This document shows positions 49,988-58,146 of a stretch of 64,000 nt of DNA, piece by piece. The notes below the pieces were generated by a model. The model saw only the letters and a program-made list of their open reading frames with translations, was not told the DNA's origin and ran no database searches. The stretch comes from Vicinamibacterales bacterium. Lineage in GTDB: Bacteria > Acidobacteriota > Vicinamibacteria > Vicinamibacterales > JAENWD01. The translations under genes and the position numbers were made by a program. The stretch's first letter is position 1. Each line of letters starts with the position of its first letter. The DNA lies in NCBI GenBank assembly GCA_036381155.1, contig DASVDJ010000035.1, positions 73,755-137,754 on the forward strand, written 5' to 3'.

Positions 49988-50749
49988 TCAGAGGAAGCTC
50001 CGGACGAGCGAGCCCACCAGCAGGTTCCAGCCGTCGATCATCACGAACAGCAGCAGCTTGAACGGCAGCGAGATCATCGCGGGCGGCAGCTGCAGCATGC
50101 CCATCGACAGCAGCGTCGTCGACACGACGAGGTCGATGAGCATGAAGGGCACGAACAGGAAGAAGCCCATCTGGAAGCCGGTCTTCAGCTCCGAGATGAC
50201 GTAGGCCGGGATCACGACGCGCATCGGCAGGTCCGCCGGCGTCTGGGGCCGCTCGACGCCGCCCAGCTCGACGAAGAGCGCCAGGTCCTTCTCCCGCGTC
50301 TGCTTCAACATGAAGTCGCGCAGCGGAGGCGCCGCGCGGCGCATGGCCTCGGCGAGGTCGACCTTCCCCTCGAGCGCCGGTGCGACCGCCGCGTCGTAGA
50401 CCCGATCGCCGGTCGGCGCCATCACGAACATCGTCAGGAAGAGCGCCAGACCGATCAGGATCTGGTTCGACGGCATCTCCTGCGTGCCGAGCGCCTGCCG
50501 CAGGAAGTGGAAGACGATCACGATCCGCGTGAAGCAGGTCATCGTCACGAGGATCGCCGGCAGGAACGAGAGGAGCGTGAGGAGGAGGACGATCTGCAGC
50601 GGCGCGGAGATGCTGCCGACCCCCTCGATCCGCAGGTCCAGCTGCTGCGGCGCCTGCGCTTCGGCCGCCCCGGCGCCGGCGAGCAGCAGGAACACTGCCA
50701 CGACGACGGGCGCCAGACGCCTGACGTTGAACCCGTTTCGCGCGATCAC
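49988..50749 (-). CDS. fliP: Flagellar export gate protein FliP
   Basis: 253 aa from GTG 50749 (GTGA overlap with the fliO stop, GGAGG 6 nt upstream). FTRIVIVFHFLRQALGTQ and ELKTGFQMGFFLFVPFMLIDLVV are FliP motifs. Confidence 0.92.
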   Translation of the reverse strand: MIARNGFNVRRLAPVVVAVFLLLAGAGAAEAQAPQQLDLRIEGVGSISAPLQIVLLLTLLSFLPAILVTMTCFTRIVIVFHFLRQALGTQEMPSNQILIGLALFLTMFVMAPTGDRVYDAAVAPALEGKVDLAEAMRRAAPPLRDFMLKQTREKDLALFVELGGVERPQTPADLPMRVVIPAYVISELKTGFQMGFFLFVPFMLIDLVVSTTLLSMGMLQLPPAMISLPFKLLLFVMIDGWNLLVGSLVRSFL

Positions 50750-51129
50750 GCCGGACCTCCGCCGGCCACCGCATCGAGACGGCCCGCGAGCGCCTGGTCG
50801 AACCGTGGCGCCGAATCCGTCGCGACGGCGGGAACCGGCTCGAGCTCCGTTACCAGCGAGACCTGCGTCGGCGTCAGACCGAGCAGCAGACGCCGGTTGT
50901 CGACCGTGACGACGACCAGCGACCGCCGGTCGCCGAGCGGCACTGCCGTTTCCACCCGTACCGCGTCCGTGGCACGCCGGCCCGGCAGCGCGATCGTCCC
51001 GCGCCGCAGCAGCCACGCGAGCAGCACGAGCAGCCCGAGTACGAAGATCGTCCCGACCACTCCGCGCAGCGCACCATCCGGGACGGCGTCGGTGACGACC
51101 GGAGTCTGCGCGAGCGCAACCAGCAGCAT
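50746..51129 (-). CDS. fliO: Flagellar protein FliO
   Basis: 127 aa from ATG 51129. One TM helix, then RSLVVVTVDNRRLLLGLTPTQVSLV, the FliO pattern. Positioned upstream of fliP. Confidence 0.62.
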   Translation of the reverse strand: MLLVALAQTPVVTDAVPDGALRGVVGTIFVLGLLVLLAWLLRRGTIALPGRRATDAVRVETAVPLGDRRSLVVVTVDNRRLLLGLTPTQVSLVTELEPVPAVATDSAPRFDQALAGRLDAVAGGGPA

Positions 51130-51131
51130 CC

Positions 51132-51428
51132 CTACTCCGTGGCCGCCGGCGCGGCGATCTCGGTGATGCGCAGGGCCGCGCTGTCCTCGATGATCACGAC
51201 CTCGCCGCGCGCGAGGAGCACGCCGTTGACGACGAGCTGCAGGTCTTCCCCCGCCGATTGCGACAGCTCGATGATGCTGTTGCGGGCGAGCCCCAGACAC
51301 TGGCGGACCGACATCACGCCGGTGCCGAGCAGGACGTTCACCGGGCAGGGGACGTCCAGCACGCGGGAGAACGGCTGCGCCGCCGCCGGCGCCTCAGAAC
51401 TGGACGACGAAGTCTGAGAAGAGGACAT
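51132..51428 (-). CDS. fliN: Flagellar switch protein FliN (short SpoA-only form)
   Basis: 98 aa. VPCPVNVLLGTGVMSVRQCLGLARNSIIELSQSAGEDLQLVVNGVLLARGEVVIIEDSAALRITEI is a SpoA domain. Confidence 0.85.
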   Translation of the reverse strand: MSSSQTSSSSSEAPAAAQPFSRVLDVPCPVNVLLGTGVMSVRQCLGLARNSIIELSQSAGEDLQLVVNGVLLARGEVVIIEDSAALRITEIAAPAATE

Positions 51429-51846
51429 CGATCACCTTCGCGTCGCCGATGACGGCCGCGACCCGCTCGGAGATTCCCTTCCTGAGCTCGTCCTTTCCTT
51501 CGGGCGTGACGAGCGTCTTCGAGCGCTGGGTCGTCAGCAGCTCGAGCACCGTCGAGCGGATGCGAGCCATGACGACGGGATCCTTCGCCAGGTCCTCCGC
51601 CCGGGCCTTCGGCCCGATGACGAGGTTCACCGTCGCGCGCAGGAAGCGCGGTGCCTCCGTGTCCGCGAGATTCACCAGGAACGGATCGAGCGGGACCATG
51701 GCCGAATCCGCCGGATCGACCGCCGGCGCCGCGGCGTGGCCCTCCGCGGCCGCTGCCCGCGCGCCGCGCGTCCAGAACCAGACTCCGCCTCCCCCGGCCG
51801 CCATCAGCAGGATGCCGACTACCCCGTGCACCAACAGCTTCTTCAC
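51394..51846 (-). CDS. fliL: Flagellar basal-body-associated protein FliL
   Basis: 150 aa from GTG 51846, downstream of the predicted sigma-54 transcription start. One TM helix, then PLDPFLVNLAD...RFLRATVNL and a C-terminal VIDVLFSDFVVQ. Confidence 0.8.
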   Translation of the reverse strand: MKKLLVHGVVGILLMAAGGGGVWFWTRGARAAAAEGHAAAPAVDPADSAMVPLDPFLVNLADTEAPRFLRATVNLVIGPKARAEDLAKDPVVMARIRSTVLELLTTQRSKTLVTPEGKDELRKGISERVAAVIGDAKVIDVLFSDFVVQF

Positions 51847-51923
51847 GCGATGCGCCTCGACTTCCTCCGGGATCCCACGCGGGATTGCGCCGGGAGTACA
51901 GGGACATGCCCGCGGCTGCTCTC

Positions 51924-51938
51924 GCAACCGGGGTGCCG
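51924..51938 (-). promoter_or_regulatory. Sigma-54-type promoter upstream of fliL
   Basis: The minus strand reads cGGCAC-cccgg-TTGCg, matching TGGCAC-N5-TTGC with exact spacing. Confidence 0.55.
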
Positions 51939-52096
51939 CACGGGACGTTCGCATCACGTGCACGGACTGCACGCCGTTGCCGCGCGCAGGCACGGTCAGG
52001 GTCCGGTGAGCCGACGGCTGGCGACGTCACGCCGACACCGCCGGGACGCGTGTTACGCTGTGGCGCGATTCGCCGCCGTGCCCACGGCGCCGGGCG

Positions 52097-52131
52097 ATCC
52101 GGCCCGTTCCGGATCCGGCAGCTCGCCGGAT
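52097..52131. promoter_or_regulatory. Overlapping ATCCGG/CCGGAT palindromes (candidate activator or operator sites)
   Basis: ATCCGG-N6-CCGGAT (52097-52114) and ATCCGG-N7-CCGGAT (52113-52131) share a central CCGGATCCGG. They lie 160-195 bp upstream of the fliL -24 element and 35-70 bp upstream of the plus-strand gene. Confidence 0.35.
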
Positions 52132-52165
52132 CGACACCGCCATGCGCATGGCCTGACGCGACCGC

Positions 52166-54433
52166 ATGCCACTGACGCCCCTGTCCGCTGGACATCTCCT
52201 CTTCTCGGGATGGTTGGCTGCCCAGCCCGCGCCGTCAGGTCCACCCGCCATCCTGCTTCACGGCCCGCCGGCTCCGGAGCCGCCGGCTGTCCTTGCCCGG
52301 GACGACCAGGGGCGGGCGACGGTGCGTGCCGTGCGAATCGACACGCCGCTGCGCATCGACGGCGTGCTCGACGAAGGGGTGTACCGGGAGGTGCCGTCGA
52401 TCGCCGACTTCCGGCAGATCGAGCCGGAGGAAGGGGCGCCCGTGTCGGAGCCGACGGAGATCTGGGTGCTCTTCGACCGGGAGCACCTCTACATCGTCGC
52501 CCGCTGCGCCGACAGCCAGCCGGATCGCATCGTCGCGAACGACATGCGCCGCGACGGCGCCAACATCACGCAGAACGACAACATCAGCATCGTCATCGAC
52601 ACGTTCTTCGACCGGCGCAACGGCTACGAGTTCCTCGTCACGCCCGTCGGCGGCATGATGGACAGCCAGGTCACCGACGAGCGCGACGTCAACCGGGACT
52701 GGAACACCGTCTGGAGCGCGCGCAGCCGGCTGACCGACGAAGGCTGGACCACCGAGGTGCGGATTCCGTTCCGGTCGCTGCGCTATCAGGGCGCCGGCCC
52801 GCAGGTCTGGGGGCTGAACGTCCGCCGGACGATCCGCTGGAAGAACGAGTACGCCTACCTGAATCCGGTGCCGCGCTCCGAAGGGGCGCGCGGGATCCTG
52901 CGCTTCTCGATGGCGGCGCCGCTCGTCGGACTCGACATCGACGTCGAGTCCATCGGCCTCGACGTCAAGCCCTACGCGCTCGGCGCGGCGCGCGCGGATC
53001 GGGTGCTCGACCCGCTGTTCCGCACGGAGGGAGACGCCGATGCGGGGTTCGACGTGAAGTACGGGATCACCCGGAGCCTGACCGCCGACTTCACGCTCAA
53101 CACCGATTTCGCCCAGGTCGAAGACGACGACCAGCAGGTGAACCTGACGCGCTTCAGCCTGCTCTACCCCGAGAAGCGCGAGTTCTTCCTGGAAGGCCAG
53201 GGGATCTTCGGATTCGGAGGCGTCGAGAGCTCGCCACGCCGCGCCGCCACGGCCCCGACCAACACACCGGTGCTGTTCTTCAGCCGCGCCATCGGGCTGG
53301 CCGGCGACCGGGCGGTGCCGATCAATGCCGGAGGCCGCCTCACGGGCCGTGTCGGCAAGTACAGCGTCGGGTTACTCCAGATCCGCACCGGCGACGAGGA
53401 AGTGGCCGGGTTGCCGGAGACGGACTTCTCCGTCGTGCGCGTCAAGCGCGACATCCTGCGCCGCAGCTCCGTCGGCGTGATCGGCACGCGCCGCTCGGCC
53501 GCCGGCGCCGGAACCAATACCGCGTTCGGCATCGACACGGGCCTGAACTTCTTCCAGTTCCTCAACATCGTCGGGTACTACGCCGAGACACGCACACCGG
53601 GTCTGGAGGGTGAGAACCGCAGCTACCGGGGCCGGCTGGCGTACGACGCCGATCTGTTCGGGCTCACGCTCGAGCACCTGGCGGTCGGACGGAACTTCGA
53701 TCCGCAGATCGGCTTCCTGCGGCGCGACGGGTTCGTGGAGAGCCTCGCGCAGATGCGCGTGAGCCGCCGGCCGCAGTCACTGGAGTCGGTGCGGAAGATC
53801 AGCGTCGAGACGGGCTTCGACTACATCACCGACCCGGACGGCCGGGTCGAGAACCGGCAGGTGCGGGCGGCGCTCAGGACCGAGCTTCAGAGCAGCGACT
53901 CCTGGACGATCGAATACCTGCACGACTACGAGTTCGTGCCCGAGCCGTTCACGATCCCCGGCGGCATCGTCGTCCCGGTCGGCGCGTACCGCTTCTCGAG
54001 CCTGATCGGCCGCTACACCATCGGCGCCCAGCATCGCGTCGCCGGCGACGTCACGCTCGCCTACTCGGGGTTCTACGGCGGCACGCGCGCGGAGGCGGGC
54101 TATCGCGGCCGCGTGGAGGTGACGCGTCGCCTGGCCGTGGAGCCCGGCCTCTCCGTGTTCAAGCTCGATCTGCCGAACGACGAGACCACCGCGGCGCTCG
54201 TCAGCGTGCGCACGACCTACAGCTTCAGGCCGAACATGTGGCTGGCCGCGCTCATCCAGCACAACTCGGCCAACCATCTGTCGACGGCGAACGTGCGCTT
54301 CCGGTGGGAGTACTGGCCCGGCAGCGATCTCTTCGTCGTGTACAGCGACGGCCGCAACACGCTGCTCCGCGGCCCGGAGCGGCTGCAGAACCGTGGCTTC
54401 ACGGTGAAGATGACCCGCCTGTTCCGGTTCTAG
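52166..54433 (+). CDS. CBM9-like/DUF5916-family protein (putative outer-membrane or secreted)
   Basis: 755 aa. RIDGVLDEGVYREVPSIADFRQIEPEEGAPVSEPTEIWVLFDREHLYIVARC and WTTEVRIPFRSLRY form the CBM9-like module. A long beta-rich C-terminus ends in F. Confidence 0.8.
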   Translation: MPLTPLSAGHLLFSGWLAAQPAPSGPPAILLHGPPAPEPPAVLARDDQGRATVRAVRIDTPLRIDGVLDEGVYREVPSIADFRQIEPEEGAPVSEPTEIWVLFDREHLYIVARCADSQPDRIVANDMRRDGANITQNDNISIVIDTFFDRRNGYEFLVTPVGGMMDSQVTDERDVNRDWNTVWSARSRLTDEGWTTEVRIPFRSLRYQGAGPQVWGLNVRRTIRWKNEYAYLNPVPRSEGARGILRFSMAAPLVGLDIDVESIGLDVKPYALGAARADRVLDPLFRTEGDADAGFDVKYGITRSLTADFTLNTDFAQVEDDDQQVNLTRFSLLYPEKREFFLEGQGIFGFGGVESSPRRAATAPTNTPVLFFSRAIGLAGDRAVPINAGGRLTGRVGKYSVGLLQIRTGDEEVAGLPETDFSVVRVKRDILRRSSVGVIGTRRSAAGAGTNTAFGIDTGLNFFQFLNIVGYYAETRTPGLEGENRSYRGRLAYDADLFGLTLEHLAVGRNFDPQIGFLRRDGFVESLAQMRVSRRPQSLESVRKISVETGFDYITDPDGRVENRQVRAALRTELQSSDSWTIEYLHDYEFVPEPFTIPGGIVVPVGAYRFSSLIGRYTIGAQHRVAGDVTLAYSGFYGGTRAEAGYRGRVEVTRRLAVEPGLSVFKLDLPNDETTAALVSVRTTYSFRPNMWLAALIQHNSANHLSTANVRFRWEYWPGSDLFVVYSDGRNTLLRGPERLQNRGFTVKMTRLFRF

Positions 54434-54445
54434 TGCATGGTCCGC

Positions 54446-54469
54446 GGGGAGCGGTGGCTCCCGCTCCCC
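54446..54469. terminator. Bidirectional stem-loop between convergent DUF5916 gene and fliK
   Basis: A 9-bp perfect stem GGGGAGCGG/CCGCTCCCC with a 6-nt loop, abutting the fliK stop codon. Confidence 0.5.
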
Positions 54470-56053
54470 TCAGACCCGAATCTCGAACACCGGTTCCGCG
54501 CCCGACCGGCGCTTCGGAGCCCGTGGCCGCTCGTGCTCCCGGGCCTGCTGCCGTTCGCGCTGCGTGTCCTCGTCCCGGACCACGAGCTCCTCGAGCGTCA
54601 GGCCGAGCTCGGAGAGCCCGGTTCGAAGATCCTGTTCATGCGCGGTGAGCCAGCCGCGAACCGCCGCGGTGTCGGCTCCGAGTACGGCCGTGACCTGGCG
54701 CCCGTCCACCCTCAGGTCGACCGTGACCGTTCCCAGGTGTTCGGGAGAGAGCGTGAGGCGCACCTGCCCGCCGCCCTCGCGGACCTGCATGTGCAGCGTG
54801 CGAATCAGCTGCGGGCCGACCGTCGACAGCTCGGCCTCGGAGGGCATCGGCAGCCCGCTTCCGGCCGTGAGGCGCGCGAACGTGTCGGACGCCACGGGGT
54901 CGGGAGCAGGCCCGGCCGCGACCGGCCAGAAGACGTGCGGCGCGGCGAAGGTGCCCGGACGCTGATCCTGCCCGCGATCAGCGCCGCCCGAATGGCCCTG
55001 GCTCGCATGCGCGACGCGGAGCACGGCCGGCGAGACCGCCTGCTCCGTCTGAGCGTTCGACGGCTCGACGTCGATCGTGTCGTCGATCCGCGGTGCCGGC
55101 ACGCCAACGGCCGGGGCCTGCCGCTCCGCAACAGCTTGAGCCGCGGCGGGAGGCCCCTCTGCCGGTCGCGGTGTGACGTCCGCGTTCTGCGGCTCGGCCA
55201 CGGGCTGGCCGCCGGACCGTTCCGCCGCTGCGAGGGATCCACGATGTGCCGCGGCGACGGCGGCCGACAACACCGCCGCTGCCTCTGCCCGAACACCGGA
55301 CCTGATCGGCGGAGCCGTGTCGGCCATCGCCTTCGTTGCAGGCAGCGTGGGGCTCGCCGGCGTCGTCGCAGCCGGCGCCGCGTTTGCCACCGGCTCCCGG
55401 TCAGCGACCTGCGGAAGCGCGGTATCGCGATCGGCCTTCGATCCATCCGCGGGTGCCGGCGTCGCGTCCAGCGCGAGGTCCAGGGCTCCGCCAGCCTTCT
55501 CGCCGGCCTCGATCGACGCCTGTTCGATCGAATCGGTCGCCGCCACTGACACGAGATCATCCGCCCCTGCGGTCTCGATCGACCCGTCGTGCGCCGGTGC
55601 CAGCCCCGGCGCTGGAATGTCCGGGAGGATCCACGCCTGTTCAGGCGGGACGGGCACGTCGGAGGAGACGGGAACGACCTCTCCGCGCTCCTGCTCTCTG
55701 TCCACACCATCGCTCATATCGGGCGCGTCGGACGCTGACTTGTCCCGACGAGCGGCGACTGCGGCCGTGTGGTCCTCCGGCGAGCGCGTCTCGTCGACGT
55801 GTCCCCGTGTCTCCGCGGCGTGCTCCTTTCGATCTGCGGGACGCCCGTCCCGCGCACGGGACGGGGCGCGCGACTCCGCCGCGCGCCCATCCAGGGCCGC
55901 CGTGGTCCCTCCGGACGCCTCTTCCGCGCCCACACGGCCCGTGGCCGACGCCAGAGCCGTGTCGAACGACGATGCCGGAGCGGCTGTGCCGCGCGGGCCG
56001 GCGGCCGGCGCCGGCGCGGATCCGACGATCGGAAGCAGCGTGCCTGCTGTCAC
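54470..56053 (-). CDS. fliK: Flagellar hook-length control protein FliK
   Basis: 527 aa, GTG start. Pro/Ala-rich ruler region plus the C-terminal Flg_hook domain (LSPEHLGTVTVDLRVDGRQVTAVLGADTAAVRGWL). Confidence 0.8.
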   Translation of the reverse strand: MTAGTLLPIVGSAPAPAAGPRGTAAPASSFDTALASATGRVGAEEASGGTTAALDGRAAESRAPSRARDGRPADRKEHAAETRGHVDETRSPEDHTAAVAARRDKSASDAPDMSDGVDREQERGEVVPVSSDVPVPPEQAWILPDIPAPGLAPAHDGSIETAGADDLVSVAATDSIEQASIEAGEKAGGALDLALDATPAPADGSKADRDTALPQVADREPVANAAPAATTPASPTLPATKAMADTAPPIRSGVRAEAAAVLSAAVAAAHRGSLAAAERSGGQPVAEPQNADVTPRPAEGPPAAAQAVAERQAPAVGVPAPRIDDTIDVEPSNAQTEQAVSPAVLRVAHASQGHSGGADRGQDQRPGTFAAPHVFWPVAAGPAPDPVASDTFARLTAGSGLPMPSEAELSTVGPQLIRTLHMQVREGGGQVRLTLSPEHLGTVTVDLRVDGRQVTAVLGADTAAVRGWLTAHEQDLRTGLSELGLTLEELVVRDEDTQRERQQAREHERPRAPKRRSGAEPVFEIRV

Positions 56054-56057
56054 GGCG

Positions 56058-57356
56058 TTACCGCTTGAGGTTCAGCGTCTCGACCAGCAGCTCGTCGGAC
56101 ACGGTGATGGTCTTGGAGTTCGCCTGATACCCGCGCTGCGCGAGGATCATCTGCGTGAACTCCTGGGCGATGTCGACGTTGCTCGCTTCGAGCGCGCTGC
56201 CGAAGAGGGTGCCCCGTCCGCCGGTGCCGGCGACGCCGACGTTCGGCAGGCCCGACGACTGCGTTTCGCCGTAGCGGTTCCCGCCCAGCTTCTCGAGCCC
56301 CTTCGGGTTGTTGAACATCGCCAGCGCGATCTGACCGAGGTTCACCGACTGTCCCGCCCCGACGCTCGCCTGGATGCGGCCGTCGGGCAGGATGGTGATG
56401 CCGTCCACGGTCCCCGCCATCGATCCGTTCTGATCGAGCGACAGCGTGGCCGACGGGGCGTCGAACCCGGTGAGGGCGGCCGTCCCGTTGTCATCGGTCA
56501 GGTCCCACGTCAACGTGCTGGCAGCCGCGCCGTTGGTCCAGGCCGGCGTGGTGAAGCTGACGTCCATGTCGGGGTCGCCGGGCAGCGCGCCGCCACCCGT
56601 GGCGGGAGCGGTCGGCGTGATGCTGGTGAGCAGGCCGTTGGCGTCGAAGACGACCGATCCGGCCGCCAGCTCGTAGGGCACGCCGGCGGTGCCGCCGGTG
56701 ACCTCGCCGCCGTCCACGGTGATGGAGAAGCTCCATTCGCCGGCGGCCGTCTTGGTGAACGTCACGGTCGACAGGTGCCGCGCCCCCAGCGAGTCGATCA
56801 GCTCCACGGAGCTCGTGAACGTGTCGCCGACGAGCGCCGACGCGCTGAGATTGGTCTTCGTGAAGAACGTCGACGTCGCCACCGGGGCGCGCAGCACGCC
56901 CGGCGGCACCGTGATATCCGTCGGCGCGCCGGTGGTCACCGGCTCGCCGTCCGGCCCGATCTGCGTCCAGCCCTGCACGCGCAGGCCGTCCGGCGTCACC
57001 AGGTTGCCGCTGGCGTCGAAGCTGAAGTTCCCCGCCCGGGTGTACGACACCGCCTGGCCGTCGCTGACGATGAAGAAGCCGTTGCCCTCGATGGCGACGT
57101 TCGTCGCTTCGCGGGTGCTCTCGATGGAGCCTTGGCTGAAGACCGGCGAGATCGATCCAGTGACGACGCCGAGCCCGACCTGCATCGGGTTGATCGACGA
57201 CCCCGCGGCGGACTGGCTGACCAGGTCCATGAAGGTCACCGTGCTCGCCTTGTAGCCGACGGTATTGATGTTCGCGAGATTGTTGCCGATTACGCTGAGG
57301 TAAACGGCGTTGGCGTTCAGCCCCGAGAGGCCCGCCGAGAAAGAGCCGACTGCCAT
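56058..57356 (-). CDS. flgE: Flagellar hook protein FlgE
   Basis: 432 aa. SAGLSGLNANAVYLSVIGNNLANINTVGYK at the N-terminus and a C-terminal EFTQMILAQRGYQANSKTI. Confidence 0.93.
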   Translation of the reverse strand: MAVGSFSAGLSGLNANAVYLSVIGNNLANINTVGYKASTVTFMDLVSQSAAGSSINPMQVGLGVVTGSISPVFSQGSIESTREATNVAIEGNGFFIVSDGQAVSYTRAGNFSFDASGNLVTPDGLRVQGWTQIGPDGEPVTTGAPTDITVPPGVLRAPVATSTFFTKTNLSASALVGDTFTSSVELIDSLGARHLSTVTFTKTAAGEWSFSITVDGGEVTGGTAGVPYELAAGSVVFDANGLLTSITPTAPATGGGALPGDPDMDVSFTTPAWTNGAAASTLTWDLTDDNGTAALTGFDAPSATLSLDQNGSMAGTVDGITILPDGRIQASVGAGQSVNLGQIALAMFNNPKGLEKLGGNRYGETQSSGLPNVGVAGTGGRGTLFGSALEASNVDIAQEFTQMILAQRGYQANSKTITVSDELLVETLNLKR

Positions 57357-57661
57357 TACCAGCCTCCTGCCTGGCCGGACTGCCCGTGCTCGACCTGGAG
57401 GTGATCGAGCAGCAGCTGGCCAAGCGTGTTGAGCGACGCCGAAATCTCGGTGAGCTTCTCGAGCGAGCTGAACGTCGCCAGCTGCTGGAGGAACTCGCCG
57501 TCTTCCTTCGGCTGCGTCGGATCCTGATGCTGCAACTGGGTGACCAGCAGCTTCAGGAACGCGTCGCGGCCCAAACCGTCGGATTTCAGGGCCTGCGCCG
57601 CGCCGGCGCCTGCGCCAGTTGTCGTCTGACCGGCACCACCGGTCGGGTCGATTACGCTCAT
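57356..57661 (-). CDS. flgD: Flagellar hook cap/assembly protein FlgD (short, N-terminal domain only)
   Basis: 101 aa from ATG 57661. LGRDAFLKLLVTQLQHQDPTQPKEDGEFLQQLATFSSLE is the FlgD N-domain. ATGA overlap with fliJ, and the stop shares 1 nt with the flgE ATG. Confidence 0.8.
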   Translation of the reverse strand: MSVIDPTGGAGQTTTGAGAGAAQALKSDGLGRDAFLKLLVTQLQHQDPTQPKEDGEFLQQLATFSSLEKLTEISASLNTLGQLLLDHLQVEHGQSGQAGGW

Positions 57662-58125
57662 CCTCGCTCTCCGTGCGTCGCGCGCATGCGCGCCGCGAAT
57701 CGCAGACCGGCCAGCTCGTCGATCATCCGCTGCTCGGCCCGCGCGGCCTCGAGCTGCCAGGCGCGCAGCCTGCGCGCCTTCAGCCGCTCGAGCACCTTCA
57801 CCTTCTTGCGCGCCTCGCGCGCGATCTCCGCCGCGCGCGCTTCCTCGCTCCGCCGGACGTCCAGCGCCTCCGTGGCGCGCACGACGTCGCGGCGCAACCG
57901 CTCCATCCAATTCCAGTGCCATGCGGCGCCGGCCAGACCGGCCGCCGTGCCCAGCGCCTCGCGTGCACGCGCCTGCGCGGCCCGTACCGCGTCCTCCGCC
58001 GCGTGCACGGCCGCTTCCGCCTCGCGCACCGCCGCGCGCGCGGCCGCGAGCGCCTCTTCGGCGGCGTCGCGTTGCCGGATTCGAAGATCCAGGGCGGCCT
58101 GAGGTCTGAAGTGGAAGGGGCGCAC
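57658..58125 (-). CDS. fliJ: Flagellar export chaperone/stalk protein FliJ
   Basis: 155 aa coiled coil, GTG start. KVLERLKARRLRAWQLEAARAEQRMIDE is the FliJ-like C-terminal pattern. Positioned after fliI. Confidence 0.68.
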   Translation of the reverse strand: MRPFHFRPQAALDLRIRQRDAAEEALAAARAAVREAEAAVHAAEDAVRAAQARAREALGTAAGLAGAAWHWNWMERLRRDVVRATEALDVRRSEEARAAEIAREARKKVKVLERLKARRLRAWQLEAARAEQRMIDELAGLRFAARMRATHGERG

Positions 58126-58146
58126 GCGTCTGCTGGCGTCCAGCGG

